Source of the DNA: Macrostomum lignano
Taxonomy: Eukaryota
Length of the DNA: 64,000 bases
Direction of reading: 5' to 3'
NCBI GenBank assembly: GCA_002269645.1
Contig: NIVC01002054.1
Location: forward strand, 62,001 to 126,000
A model generated the notes under the pieces. It did no database searches. It had not been told where the DNA came from and saw only the letters and a list, made by a program, of their open reading frames with translations. The position numbers and the translations under genes were made by a program. Below are positions 11,431 to 25,005 of this stretch, piece by piece. Positions within the stretch are counted from its first letter, which is position 1. The number at the start of each line of letters is the position of its first letter.

Positions 11431-11776
11431 CCTCTACAATTGGAAAATAAAAAATCCCACCTTCTATAATTCAGCCATTAAAAATACGATATCTGAAAGG
11501 GTGTAATGAAATGCACAAATGACTAAATAGATATGGTGAGAGTGACAGGACTATTGAATCGCATGATGAGGAATGCCGTTTTTTAACCAAAGTTCTCATT
11601 TTGCATTAATCGATGAAATGGTCAGTCAGTTTAGCTATAAATAAATAAACAAATAACTGAGACAACAAATAGGGGACAAAAAGGCCAATAGAAAAAGAAT
11701 TTCGGAAAGCAGGTGGTCGAGGTTAAAGACAGACAGACAGACTGACTGACCCATGCCACAGTGCAATGGTGAAGAC

Positions 11777-14700
11777 TCATTTGTACTTCTTGATTCGCCT
11801 CAACTGAATGTAGCACAGCGCCAAGAAGAACATTGTTATTAACAGCATGCCGAACTCGTTGCTCCACAGGTCCCAGCCGGTTTTGTAGGCGATCTGCTGG
11901 TCGCTGAGCACCACGTAACCGGATTTGCTGGGAGGGGGTTGTGGATGCATGCACCTCTCTTTAGGCCAGCGCTTCTGGTGTCGATGTAAGAGCTTCTCTA
12001 TACCTGATCTCCTCTTTTCTCCCTTATCTCATCTAGCCTTAGTCCTCTCCCCTACTCTCCCTCTTCTCTCCTCTTTTTTATCTCTCCTCTCCACTCTTGT
12101 CTCCAATTCTTCCCTTCTCTTCTCTCCTCTTCTCTCCTCTCCTCTTCTCTCCTCTCCTCTTCTCTCCTCTCCTCTTCTCTCCTCTCCTCTTCTCTCCTCT
12201 TCTCTCCTCTCCTCTTTTTTCTCTTCTCTACACTCTTGTCTCCAATTCTTCCCTTTCTCTTCTCTCCTGTCCTCTTCTCTCCTCTCCTCTCCTCTCCTCT
12301 TCTCTCCTCTTCTCTCCTCTCCTCTTCTCTCCTCTTCTCTTCTCCTCTCCTCTTTTTTATCTCTCCTCTCCACTCTTGTCTCCAATTCTTCCCTTTCTCT
12401 TCTCTCCTCTTCTCTCCTCTCCTCTTTTTTATCTCTTCTCTACACTCTTGTCTCCAATTCTTCCCTTTCTCTTCTCTCCTGTCCTCTTCTCTTCTCTTCT
12501 CTTCTCTCCTCTCCTCTTCTCTCCTCTCCTCTCCTCTTCTCTCCTCTTCTCTCCTCTCCTCTGCTCTTCTCTCCTCTTCTCTTCTCCTCTCCTCTTTTTT
12601 ATCTCTCCTCTCCACTCTTGTCTCCAATTCTTCCCTTTCTCTCCTCTCCTCTTCTCTCCTCTCCTCTTCTCTCCTCTCCTCTTCTCTCCTCTCCTCTTCT
12701 CTCCTCTCCACTCTTGTCTCCAATTCTTTCCTCTTCTCTCCTCTCCTCTCTCCTGCACTATTCGGCCCTCAAACAGGAGTCTATCAAACGTATATAAAAG
12801 AACACAATAGCCACTAACCAAGTCCTGGTCACGTTAGTAGTATTCCGCATCGGACAGAAGTCCAAGCCAACAAATTCGTTAACAGACAGGCCGGCGTAGG
12901 CGTAGTTGAACACAGAGAAATATTTGCACCAGGCCAGCCAATCGCCCATGGAGCTGATGTTCATCAGGAAGCCGCCAAACACCATCATGAACACGTAGAT
13001 GATGGATATGAATATATTAGCTATGCCAAACACTGACACAGACGCCGATACAAAGAACGCCACGCCGCAGGCTGCACAAGTGGCCAATACCAGATTCAAT
13101 TCGTAGAAAAAGAATGCTCCAGCGTCCAGCTTGAGTCTGGACATGAAGTACACAATCGGCATGAACAGCACTACTGGTAGGGTCTTGATTGGCAGCATGT
13201 CGCAGAATATTTTGGCTAGAAAGTACACCGACACCCGATAGAATCCGGACGAATTCTCGTGTATAAATATGACTCGCTCTTTAATAAACACCTCAATAGC
13301 GCCCAGGTTAACAAACACCATCTGCAGGATTAGAAAGAAAAACAGGCCCTGACGGTTCTGAATGCCGGACTCCAGCGAGGTGTCCAAGCCGAAGAACACG
13401 GTGCCAATGCTGATGCCAAAGAACAGGTACACAACTAGTTGGATGATGGAGCTTTGAGGATTGCGGAACAGGTTTAGCGCCGTGCGCCACGACACCCACA
13501 CCACCTGCGAGGGATTTAATGCGATTGGTTGATGTATTTATGACCAATTTAGGGATTTCTGATGCCCTCTGACTCATTTGTGATCAATCTTGGGATTTTT
13601 AGAGATTTCTGATCCCCTCTGACTCATTTGTGATCAATCTTAGGATTTTTGGGATTTCTGATCCCCTCTGACTCATCTGTAATCAATCTTGGGATTTTTA
13701 GGGATTTCTGATCCCCTCTGACTCATCCGTGTTCAATCTTGGGATTTTTAGGAATTTCTGATCCCCTTTGACTCATCTGTGATCAATCTTGGGATTTTTA
13801 GGGATTTCTGATCCCCAGTGACTCATCCGTGATCAATCTTGGGATTTTTAGGGATTTCCGATCCCTCTGACCAATCTGGGACAAATTGAAAAACCATTCT
13901 CTCTCACCTGGTTCCACAGTCCAGTCGGATAGCCGACCCAGGCGCCCTTCTTCACTTTAACGTGACTTCCCTCGCCGCCATTGCCCATTCGCAGCGACTG
14001 CTGGTAGATCTCTTCAACCTGCTGCTCGACCCGATGAGCCATGGGGCACTGCTGCCACCTCTCAATCAGTTGCTGACCAATGGCAGCACTGTGCGATTTC
14101 TGAATGTCTGTGTCGATGACGCTGTCCCTCTTGGTCACTGAGGGATTCGAGAAATGAGGACAAAATTATAATTTACAGTACAATAATTAGTATTTGATGT
14201 ACCTTGAAAACTTCTGATAGACTTTGATTTATAATATTCTGTGCAATCAATAAAAGATTCCGTCATTAGCATTATCATCAATAAGAATTAAGTATCAACA
14301 GGAGGTTAACGCATTTCAATATTACTAATCGAAAGCAGTCAGATGCGAAACACGAATAACTTGCACCGGAATTTACTCAGAATGTTTATTTTTTAATACT
14401 TGAATGTGCAAAGTGCAGATTTTTACTGTGTAGCTGTGTCAATTGTTACCTGAAATCCTGAGTAGCTCTAATATCTCCATCAATTTTATTACCTGAGATC
14501 CTGAGTAGCTCTAATATCTCCATCAATTTTATTTCCTGAGAATCTGAGTAGCTCTAATATCTCCATCAATTTCATTACCTGAGATCTTGAGTAGCTCTAA
14601 TATCTCCATCAATTTTATTACCTGAGATTTTGAGTAGCTCTAATATCTCCATCAATTTTATTACCTGAGATTTTGAGTAGCTCTAATATCTCCATCAAAT

Positions 14701-15704
14701 TTATTTCCTGAGAATCTGAGTAGCCAACTAACTAGTTAGAGTGCGCTACGTAAAACGACTTTTACAAAATATAAATATAATATACGAGAAGCGGAGATAT
14801 CTTCAAATCGAGTCCAAAATGGTCTCAAACGCGAGCGCGACACTGTTCCTGTCATTCCCAAAAATCATCAATGCCGATAGAAAATAATCCAAGAAAGAAA
14901 CTTAGTGGCAAAAATTATTGACCACCTTGGGCTGTAGGGACAAAATTTTGTCGTATCATTGGCAGTTCGTTGCCTAAAATTAGATTTTTTTCAGTAATAA
15001 AACACAAAATTCCTTTAAAAACCGAATAATGTTACTGACAGTAGAAATAAAGGAAAATTTAACTTCTAATAAAAACATATTCTAATCCACAATTTAGGCT
15101 ACCACAAAGAAATAAATAAGAACTCGAAATAAAAGTACAAATCAATGATCCAAAATGGGGTGCTGCAGGGTGGGCGGAGTCAGTTCAAACGGAATTATTT
15201 ATACAAAGCGCCCAAAGGACAGGGAAAAGATTTGCTCGATTTTGCGCGTGCCTGAGTTTCGCATTGACGGCATTATTCAAAACAGTTGGATCTACTTCCA
15301 TATATGGAAGTTAAATCATTCCTTCTCGCCAATATCCTCTTTTAGAAATAAATTGTACTCTCAATAGCTTCTAATGGCTTACGACAATACAAGGGTCGAG
15401 TCAGTCTGACTGTCTGTCTGTCTGTCTGCCTGTCTGCCTGTCTGAGTGTCTGTCTGTCTGTCTGTCCGTCTGTCCGTCTGTATGTCTGTGTCTGTCTGTC
15501 TGTCTGTCTGTCTGTCTGCCTGTCTGAGTGTCTGTCTGTCCGTCTGTCTGTCTTTATGTCTTTGTGTGTATGTCTGTTCGTCTGTATGTCTGTGTGTGTG
15601 TGTCTGTCTGTCTGTCTGTCTGCCAGCCTGCCTGTATGTCTTAGTGTCTTAGTGCCTTAGTGTCTGTCTGTCTGTCTGTCTGCCTGTCTGTCTGTCTGTC
15701 TGCC

Positions 15705-15753
<49 letters not shown>

Positions 15754-15756
15754 GAC

Positions 15757-15789
<33 letters not shown>

Positions 15790-15792
15790 GAC

Positions 15793-15845
<53 letters not shown>

Positions 15846-15954
15846 GCCTGTCTGTCTATCCGTCTGTATGTCTGTGTGTGTGTGTCTGCCTGTCTGTCTG
15901 TCTGTCTGCCTGTCTGTCTATCCGTCTGTATGTCTGTGTGTGTGTGTGTCTGGC

Positions 15955-15993
<39 letters not shown>

Positions 15994-18900
15994 GTGTGTG
16001 TCTGTCTGTATTGGCTTGCTTAAATTATATATAGTAAGCCTCAATATTTGCCCCAAAAATAGGTTTAAAGAATCAGCTTTGAAGCATTGATTTTGCATAA
16101 ATGCTCCAAGCTGGCACGCTACATGCAGCTACTTGTTGAAAAGTGCAACTCCCTGTCCCGCATAGCCTATTTTTAGAAGCAATCAACACTTAAAACAACG
16201 TCACCCCAAAGGCTAACAAGATTTCATGGAAAAAAACTAGAACTTGCAAACCGGTCGTGTTTCAGTTAAAAAATGACCCAAGTTAGATTGGGGTTATACT
16301 GGAAGGACTGGACTGTTGTCTATCGATTATTAAAGAGGAGAGTTTTATGAAAAACTAAAAAAGTAAAAAAGTAAGTATAAAAAGCACTATATACACTTTA
16401 ACGGGTGCAGCTGGTGCTTTTTAGAAGCTCGAAGTTTCATAAGATTGATAGCGTTTTGAGCTTGAGAAGTTTCGAGCTTAAGAAGACTCGAGTTTGAGAA
16501 GTTTCGAGCTTGAGAAGACTAGAGCTTGAGAAGTTTCGAGCTTGAGAAGTTTCGAGCTTGAGCAGTTTCGAGTTTGAGATTGGAAGCTTCTATCTTGAGC
16601 AGTTTCGAGCTTGAGCAGTTTCGAGTTTGAGATTGGAAGCTTCGATCTTGAGCAGTTTCGAGCTTGAGCAGTTTCGAGCTTGAGCAGTTTCGAGTTTGAG
16701 AAGTTTCGAGCTTGAGAAGTTTCGAGCTTGAGCAGTTTCGAGTTTGAGAAGTTTCGAGCTTGAGAAGTTTCGAGCTTGAGAAAACTCGAGTTTGAGAAGT
16801 TTCGAGCTTGAGAAGACTAGAGCTTGAGAAGTTTCGAGCTTGAGAAGACTAGAGCTTGAGAAGTTTCGAGCTTGAGAAAACTCGAGTTTGAGAAGTTTCG
16901 AGCTTGAGAAGACTAGAGCTTGAGAAGTTTCGAGCTTGAGAAGACTAGAGCTTGAGAAGTTTCGAGCTTGAGAAGTTTCGAGCTTGAGCAGTTTCGAGTT
17001 TGAGAAGTTTCGAGCTTGAGAAGTTTCGAGCTTGAGAAAACTCGAGTTTGAGAAGTTTCGAGCTTGAGAAGACTAGAGCTTGAGAAGTTTCGAGCTTGAG
17101 AAGACTAGAGCTTGAGAAGTTTCGAGCTTGAGAAAACTCGAGTTTGAGAAGTTTCGAGCTTGAGAAGACTAGAGCTTGAGAAGTTTCGAGCTTGAGAAGA
17201 CTAGAGCTTGAGAAGTTTCGAGCTTGAGAAGACTAGAGCTTGAGAAGTTTCGAGCTTGAGAAGATTCGAGTTTGAGAAGTTTCGAGCTTGAGCAGTTTCG
17301 AGCTTGAGCAGTTTCGAGCTTGAGCAGTTTCGAGCTTGAGCAGTTTCGAGCTTGAGTATTTTCGAGTTTGAGATTGAGAAGCTTCGAGCTTGAGCAATTT
17401 CGAGCTTGCGATTGAGAAGCTTCGAGCTTGAGCAGTTTCGAGCTTGAGAAGTTTCGAGCTTGAGAAGTTTCGAGCTTGTAAAAGCGACCCACTACCCACT
17501 ATAATCTAATAAATTCAAAGAACTAAATAATAAATAAAATATTAAAGGCAGCCATTATGCCACAACCCCCCCCCCGCCCTGACAACAGACAATAGCTTAC
17601 AATCATCGAAGTCGCCTCCGCTGCCACCGCCGCTGATCAGAGCAGCCCGACCGCCTTCGCCACCAGCATTGGTGACCGGCACCTCGCCGTGCACAATGTC
17701 CATGAAAAAGTCTGGCGGACTGTTGTGCGCCTCGCAATGGTAGCCTGCAGTTCGGGGTTGTTGCTGTTCTGTTGTTGCCAATCATCCACTAGTGATAACT
17801 ATCAACTTTTGCTTGGAATTCTTCTATCACATTCTTGTCACTCACTACCTCAGTCTGTCAATGTGCCACTCCGCCACTCCGCCACTCCGCCACTCCGCCA
17901 CTCTGTCACTTCCTCACTCCCTCACTCCGTCACTCCACCACTCTGTCACTCCCCCACTCCGTCACTCCCCCACTCCGTCACTCCCCCACTCCGTCACTCC
18001 CCCACTCCGTCACTCTCCCACTCCGTCACTCCCCCACTCCATCACTCCCCCACTCCGTCACTCTCCCACTCTGTCACTTCCTCACTCCCCCACTCCGTCA
18101 CTCCCCCACTCCGTCACTCTCCCACTCTGTCACTTCCCCACTCTGTCACTTCCTCACTCCCCCACTCCGTCACTCTCCCACTCTGTCACTTCCTCACTCC
18201 CCCACTCCGTCACTCCCCCACTCCGTTACTCTCCCACTCTGTCACTTCCTCACTCCGTCACTTCCTCACTGCGTCACTCCGTCACCCATCACTTCTTCAC
18301 TCCGTCACTCCCTCACGCCGCTACTCACCGATATTAGCGAAGTATCTCAGCGGCATATCGCCGGCCGGCCCGTGATAGATAATCCTGCCAGCAACGACGA
18401 GGGTCAAATTATCGAACAGCCGGTAGATGGAATACTTGGGCTGGTGAATTGAGAACACAATAGTTCGGCCGGCGTTAGCCAAATTGCGCAGAGTGCGTAG
18501 CACCGAACCAGCGGTAAAGGCGTCCAAGCCAGTTGTAGGCTCATCAAGAAACAGCACACTTGGATCGGTGATCAGCTCCATGCCAATATTTGTGCGCTTG
18601 CGTTCGCCGCCGGAGACGCCGCGAATTAGTTCGGTGCCAATTTTGGAGTCGGCCACCTGCGGCGATATTGTAAGCTTTTATTTTTAAGCGCCAGCGAATT
18701 TCACAAGTACGGATGAACTTTACAAGTACGAATGTAGTTTAAAAATACGGATGCACTTTGCAAGTAAGAATGTACTTTAAAAAGTACGCATGCACTTTGC
18801 AAGTAAGAATGTACTTTAAAAGTACGCATGTAATTTTAAAGTACAGATGCACTTTACAAGTACAAATGTACTTAGTGGCACTTCACTAAAGCTGTTGTTA

Positions 18901-21715
18901 CTTGATAGTTGAAGTGCACTGTAAATTAAAGAGCAACTTAATGAAATGCAGCTCAGACCTTCGACAAGCCCAATTCCTCGATGACGCTTTCAACTTTGCG
19001 GCGTCTTTCTAGGTCAGTCACGCTGCCTGGTAGTCGAAGAGCAGCGGAAAAGCGCAGGTTCTCGCGCACAGTAAGGGTGCCCATAACAATGTCGTCTTGA
19101 ACAACATAGCCGGAGACGCACTTAAAATTTTCGGGCTGTTCAGCGCCGTCAACCAGAACCTCGCCGCGCAGGAACTGAGGATCTTTGCGGCCGGCTAGCA
19201 CGTCTAGTAGGGAGCTTTTGCCGCTACCAGTGGGGCCCATGATCGCGTTCAAGCCTGGGCGCATTATGCCACTACGGGAGGTTGCAAAGAGGATAACGAT
19301 TATAAGAAAGAGGTGTATGTAAGATGCATACAGTAAAGGGACAATCTGTGGTTGGGATAAATGTGATTATAAGAGAATAAACAAAACAAATGGAAACTAT
19401 TCCATCTATGATAAAGATATATGGGATCTTAGAGGAAATAAGCTACCCAAGAGAGAATTATCCCATCTATGATAGAGAAACATTTGGTATCATAAGGGAA
19501 ATAATTAGAAATTCAAGGGAGAATCATACAATCTATGACAGGGATAAATAAGGTTATAGAGGAATCAACCCAAAGGAGAATCATCCTATCTATGACAAAT
19601 GGGATTATAAGAGAATTAAGCTACCCAAGGGAGAATTATCCTATCTATTATGGGGAAATGGGATAATAAGAGAATTAAGCAACCCAAGGGAAAATTATCC
19701 TATCTATTATGGGGAAATGGGATTAACGGGGAAATAAGCTACCCAAGGGAGAATTATCCTATCTATTATGGGGAAATGGGATTAAAGGGGAAATAAGCTA
19801 CCCAAGGGAGAATTATCCTATCTATTGAATATTATTGGGAAATGGGATTAAAGGGGAAATAAGCTACCCAAGGCATAATTATCCTATCTATTATGGGGAA
19901 ATGGGATTAAAGGGGAAATAAGCTACCCAAGGGAGAATTATCCTATCTATTATTGGGAAATGGGATTAAAGGGGAAATAAGCTACCCAAGGCATAATTAT
20001 CCCATCTATTATTGAGATAAATGGGATTATAGGGAAAATAAGCTACCCAAGGGAGAATTATACCATCTATTTATGATAGGGACAAATGGGATTATAGGGA
20101 AAATAAGCTACTCAAGAGAGAATCATCCTGATAGGGACAAATGGGATTATAGGGGAAATGAGCTATATAAACCGTATTCCAATTTCAGTAAAACATACTC
20201 GTAAAATACGTGGGGAAAACGCAAAAAGTAAGTAATCAACCATAGAAATTTTACGAACAAAGCACATATTTGAAACAGTAAATTGATATTATTAACTTAA
20301 ATTCTATTTGCACCCAGAGTTTAATTTCCCGAACTGTGCTGATAGTTCAATCCGCTAATTAAGACCTAAGCACAGGCACACACGGCGCATAGGTAAACAA
20401 AGCCAAATCTATTGTCAATAACACCGCCCAGTTATGTAGCTGCTAGCATAGATCTAATATCTCTGTGAAGCGATCTAATTATAAGTGCTGAAAGCCTATG
20501 AAAGGTTAGCTAATATCAAATCGGATGGGAGAGAGGAAGAGAGGGGCGAGTGGGGTAAATAAGTTTGTTTGTTTACAGAGACAGGGTTCAATGACGGTGA
20601 GTGGTTTATGATATTACGGGTTTATGATATTTCGGGTTGGTGATATTTCGGGTTGGTGATATTTCGGGTTGGTGATATTTCGGGTTTGTAATATTTCGGG
20701 TTTATGATATTTCGGGTTTGTGATATTTCGGGTTTGTGATATTTCGGGTTGGTGATTTTTCGGGTTTGTAATATTTTGGGTTTGTGATATTTCGGGTTTA
20801 TGATATTTCGGATTTGTGATGTTTCGGGTTTATGATATTTCGGGTTTGTGATATTTCGGGTTTGTGATATTTCGGGTTTGTGATATTTCGGGTTTATGAT
20901 ATTTCGGGTTTGTGATATTTCGGGTTTATGATATTTCGGGTTAATGATATTTCGGGTTTGTGATATTTCAGGTTTGTGATATTTCGGGTTTGTGACATTT
21001 CGGATTTGTGACATTTCGGGATAATGATATTTCGGGTTAATGATATTTCGGGTTTGTGATATTTCGGGTTAATGATATTTCGGGTTTGTGATATTTCGGG
21101 TTAATGATATTTCGGGTTTGTGATATTTGCGGGTTTATGATATTTCGGGTTTGTGACAATTCGGGATAATGATATTTCGGGTTAATGATATTTCGGGTTT
21201 GTGATATTCGGGTTAATGATATTTCGGGTTTGTGATATTTGCGGGTTTATGATATTTCGGGTTAATGATATTTCGGGTTTGTGATAGCGACCTGTGAATC
21301 GCACGACAACCCCCGCCCAAAGGCCAATTTTTGAGATTTACAAGCTGCTCCGGGGAAGGATAGAGGAAGCGGAAAAGCTATGAAGATATGGGAGAGGGGA
21401 GGGATTAAAGGAAGGACACTAAACAAGGAAGCGAGAATAAAGAAATCAATTCGAAGAGAAAACGATAGTGGAGAAAATAAGTGATCCGAGATTAAGACAG
21501 AGCAGAGCCAAAACGATACCTACTACAAGACCTATGGATATGAACAAGAGAAGTACAAAATGACTGAGAGAGTGTGATACACATTAGAAGTTCGAAGATC
21601 CAGTTAGAAGACGAGGTAAAATACGGAACTGACGAAAAAGGAGAGGCAGAATAAAAAAGATGAGAAAGACAAGGAAGAATGGGAGAATATAGGAACAAAT
21701 GATAGGAAATACTCG

Positions 21716-21776
<61 letters not shown>

Positions 21777-23517
21777 TGAGAGGGAGAGAGGAGAGAGGAT
21801 AGGACAGGGAGATAGGAGAGGGAGAGGAGAGGGAGATAGGACAGGGAGATATGAGAGGGAGAGAGGAGAGGGGATAGGACAGGGAGATATGAGAGGGAGA
21901 GAGGAGAGGGGATAGGACAGGGAGATATGAGAGGGAGAGAGGAGAGGGAATAGGACAGGGAGATATGAGAGGGAGAGAGGAGAGGGAATAGGACAGGGGG
22001 ATAGGAGAGGGAGAGAGGAGACGGAGAGAAAGAGATGGAGTCATGCTACATGAAGACTACATGCATGCCTACAACGTACAGCAAGACATTAGAACCCATT
22101 ATTATGCAGAAGAAACAGGCAACTCAGGGAGGCACCAACCTGACACTCTGCAGCACAACGCGCTTCTCAGCTTTACTCCAGGGGTATCGTTTAACCAGCA
22201 CAGTGTAGTTAATATTGCGAAACGTGATGACGGATCCGTTGCGACTGGCGCTAGATGAGGTGCGCCGGTCCTGCGGGATCGTGTCAATACTGTCGTAGTT
22301 GACGAAAACTGACGAGGTGGACGCCCCGTTGTCGCCGCCGCCACTGCCGCTTCCTCCGGGTTCGTAGCGAGGACGGTTAGAACGACGTGAGACAACCTGA
22401 TTGAATGGGGATTTGAAGTTGGTTGCTGAGCTGGCTAGAATTTGAAAGGGGATCTATGGAGCAACCAATTTGAGAATTTGGGTGGGCAGTATATTATATA
22501 AATAGGATTTTGCAATAGCCAATATCGAAAGTTGAGGGCGCGCAAGACCTGACCCTTACCACAACCCCAACCCTTACCGCAACCCTCGTCGCTGCCAACC
22601 CTTACCGCAACCCCTACTGCAACCTTAACCCTTACCGCAACCCTAACGGCAACCCTAACCTGGGGAGGAACGACACAGAATTTTGTAACCGCTCCTGGCC
22701 TGCCAACTACGTGTAGAGATTGTTGCACTTTCTAATGGACCATAGACTATGAAAAATTCGAAACGAAATTTCATATTTTTACACTAATTTACCGCTTTCA
22801 GGGCCATAGACAATGAAAAGCAAGTCTATTCCACTATGATGCTCCCCAAGCTCTCACCTGCAATGATTCAGCAGCGCCAGAGTTGCCACCGCCGCCGACG
22901 CCACCAACGCTTAAATCGCCATTGGACGCGGCCAGCTCTCGGCTATAGCAGCCATCGGCAGTGGAGGCAAAAGATGCTACAGTTGACAGTTTGGCACCTG
23001 ATTGGGGCACCGGAAGCATAGCTGGCTGTGGCTGCTGATGCGGCTGATGCTGATAAGGCTGATCGTGTCGAAAATGCGACGGCGGCGGAGCATCGAACGA
23101 CACGCCGCTCTCAGTCCGATTGTGCACCTGAGCTTCCACTGGGAGCGGCGACGCGGCTGGCGAGGTGGCGTCCACGCCGAGTTGTACATCTCTGAGCGAG
23201 TGCTGACTGCCGTCCAAGTTCAGCAACGGTTTGCCCATCGCGTCGCGTCGCTGCTGCCGCTGCAGATGAAGCCCAGTTGGCAGCTGGTCGCGTAGAAACT
23301 GCCCAGCCTGCAAGATGGTGGTGGTGGCGGCTGCGGCTACAGCTGATGGATGATGCTGATGCTGATGCTGATGATGCTGATGATGCTGAGGCTCATCAAA
23401 CTCGGCGCCTAAATTTGTCCTGCCGCCGCCTAGGTTGACCTCGTCCATATTATTATTATTACTATTGTCTACTACCACTGCAATATTGGCATCGTCCAAT
23501 GCCTCGTTATTAGACAT
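11777..23517 (-). CDS. ABCG2: ABCG2-like half ABC transporter, ~922 aa, 8 exons (23517-22858, 22396-22140, 19271-18959, 18656-18329, 17744-17601, 14137-13908, 13504-12819, 11927-11777)
   Basis: GIMRPGLNAIMGPTGSGKS (Walker A), VSGGERKR signature, LFLDEPTTGLD (Walker B), SIHQP, GYHCEAHNSPPDFF, ABC2 membrane domain and the C-terminal CYIQLRRIKKYK align with recalled ABCG2. All seven introns are GT-AG and phase-consistent (2769 nt). Confidence 0.95.
12005..12752. repeat. (CTCTT/CTCTC)n pyrimidine tract with a recurring ~45-bp core
   Basis: core TCTCCTCTCCACTCTTGTCTCCAATTCTT recurs about 6 times; lies in the last ABCG intron. Confidence 0.9.
13550..13872. repeat. 50-bp minisatellite, ~6 copies
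   Basis: GGGATTTCTGATCCCCTCTGACTCATCCGTGATCAATCTTGGGATTTTTA. Confidence 0.9.
14448..14722. repeat. 43-bp minisatellite, ~6 copies
   Basis: CCTGAGATCCTGAGTAGCTCTAATATCTCCATCAATTTTATTA. Confidence 0.9.
15405..16010. repeat. (TCTG)n microsatellite
   Basis: direct reading. Confidence 0.95.
16413..17489. mobile_element. 16-bp minisatellite (GAGAAGTTTCGAGCTT) bounded by an imperfect ~31-bp inverted repeat; candidate satellite-bearing MITE
   Basis: Left end GGTGCTTTTTAGAAGCTCGAAGTTTCATAAG vs reverse complement of right end GGTCGCTTTTACAAGCTCGAAACTTCTCAAG, 23/31 identical; no TSD seen. Confidence 0.5.
17865..18320. repeat. ~16-bp CACTCCGTCACTCCCC minisatellite filling an ABCG intron
   Basis: direct reading. 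Confidence 0.9.
18700..18870. repeat. degenerate ~20-bp tandem repeat (AAGTACG/AATG..CTTT)
   Basis: direct reading. Confidence 0.7.
19380..20160. repeat. ~59-bp minisatellite
   Basis: AAGCTACCCAAGGGAGAATTATCCTATCTATTATGGGGAAATGGGATTAAAGGGGAAAT, degenerating toward the left end. Confidence 0.9.
20605..21292. repeat. 16-bp minisatellite GATATTTCGGGTTTGT ending in GCGACC
   Basis: direct reading. Confidence 0.95.
21718..22040. repeat. (GA)n plus ~38-bp purine-rich units
   Basis: direct reading. Confidence 0.9.
22550..22660. repeat. degenerate telomere-like (AACCCT/AACCCTTACCGC) tract
   Basis: variants of CCCTAA/CCCTTA in an ABCG intron. Confidence 0.6.
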
Positions 23518-23944
23518 TGTGTGTTGCTCAAAAATATCTTCTAACGAGACCCTTTCTCCTATAACAGGTCTTTAGTTAAGTCAGTGACGTTTCAACCATG
23601 GATTAAAGGCACGTTGCTAGGGTTAATAACACATTCTATTTTGCTGTACTGAAACGATGGTAGGGGGGGGGGTTGGTGGATGGCCCTCAGTGTGTGCGCG
23701 GGGTTGGGCCTAACTGGCCGGGGCCCACGTGAATGAAAGAGAGGGGAGAGAGGGGAAGAGAGTGGGAAGGGAAACTCTTCAAGTCTCTCCCAAGCTTTAA
23801 CTGGTTGCCCTTGACAACGAAAGCAACTGGCTTATAGAATGCATTAATAACATCGAGAGACGAAAAAATGTAGGGTATGGAGAGGGGGGGGGCAGAATTC
23901 TGACTGTACAATCAGCCCTACTCTACGCCTCTCCCTTGCCTCAC

Positions 23945-24065
23945 CTACGAGCTTAAAATCGCAGCTATTCAACCCCCCCCCCCCTAGCAGCAGCAGCTCC
24001 CACTCCCCATCTGCCCCACCCCCTCCCGCTGAGTCAGATGCCGGAACCAAGTCTCGCCCTGAGAG
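23945..24065 (-). other. candidate 121-nt exon upstream of ABCG (phase 0 to 1)
   Basis: Acceptor CTCCCTCAG and donor GTAG|GTGAGG; open frame LSGRDLVPASDSAGGGGADGEWELLLLGGGGLNSCDFKLV; low complexity, so uncertain. Confidence 0.3.
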
Positions 24066-24439
24066 CTGAGGGAGACCAGATAGACAGATAGATTTGATAG
24101 TAGGATAGACAGGTGAGCAGAGACAAAATAAAGCCAGAGTCAGTGAGGTAGACTTAGCTACAAGGACAATGGCACTATGGCAGTGCCAGAGCGAGAGCAG
24201 TGTACACAGTAGCTAAACTTCCAAGAGTACATTCAAATTAAAAAATGCCTACCTTTCAGTAACTGAAGTTTTCAGTAGAGTTTGAACAAAATTGTGCTTC
24301 CTTCCTAGCATACAAAAAGACAATGCTTAGCACTAAGTTGTCAAGGCCTATAGAGTACTTTATAGGGCCTAATTTTAATTTATGTATTTGACTGGGAAAT
24401 ATATTTGTTCTGATTTGAAATTACATAAACACCGCTCTG

Positions 24440-24940
24440 CCTAAAATGCAACTCAACATTGAGGTCATGACTCGCAGTCCATCTCTGAAACATCAAAATG
24501 CAACTCGACATTGAGGTCATGACCCGCTGTCCATCTCTGAAACATCAAAATGCAACTCGACATTGAGGTCATGACCCGCTGTCCATCTCTGAAACATCAA
24601 AATGCAACTCGACATTGAGGTCATGACCCGCTGTCCATCTCTGAAACATCAAAATGCAACTCGACATTGAGGTCATGACCCGCTGTCCATCTCTGAAACA
24701 TCAAAATGCAACTCGACATTGAGGTCATGACCCGCTGTCCATCTCTGAAACATCAAAATGCAACTTGACATTGAGGTCATGACCCGCTGTCCATCTCTGA
24801 AACATCAAAATGCAACTATACATTGAGGTCATGACCCGCTGTCCATCTCTGAAACATCAAAATGCAACTCGACATTGAGGTCATGACCCGCTGTCCATCT
24901 CTGAAACATCAAAATGCAACTCGACATTGAGGTCATGAGG
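24440..24940. repeat. 52-bp minisatellite, ~9 near-identical copies
   Basis: AAAATGCAACTCGACATTGAGGTCATGACCCGCTGTCCATCTCTGAAACATC. Confidence 0.95.
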
Positions 24941-25005
24941 TCTTACTCTTTGCTTTGTCATGACCCGCTCTTTATCTCGCAAGAGAAAAAGTCAGAACTG
25001 CTCAC

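Noticed and set aside
24440-24940. Regular 52-bp and 47-bp arrays (also 59755-60260) superficially resemble CRISPR
   Set aside because: Units are contiguous with no unique spacers, there are no cas genes, and the context is eukaryotic introns
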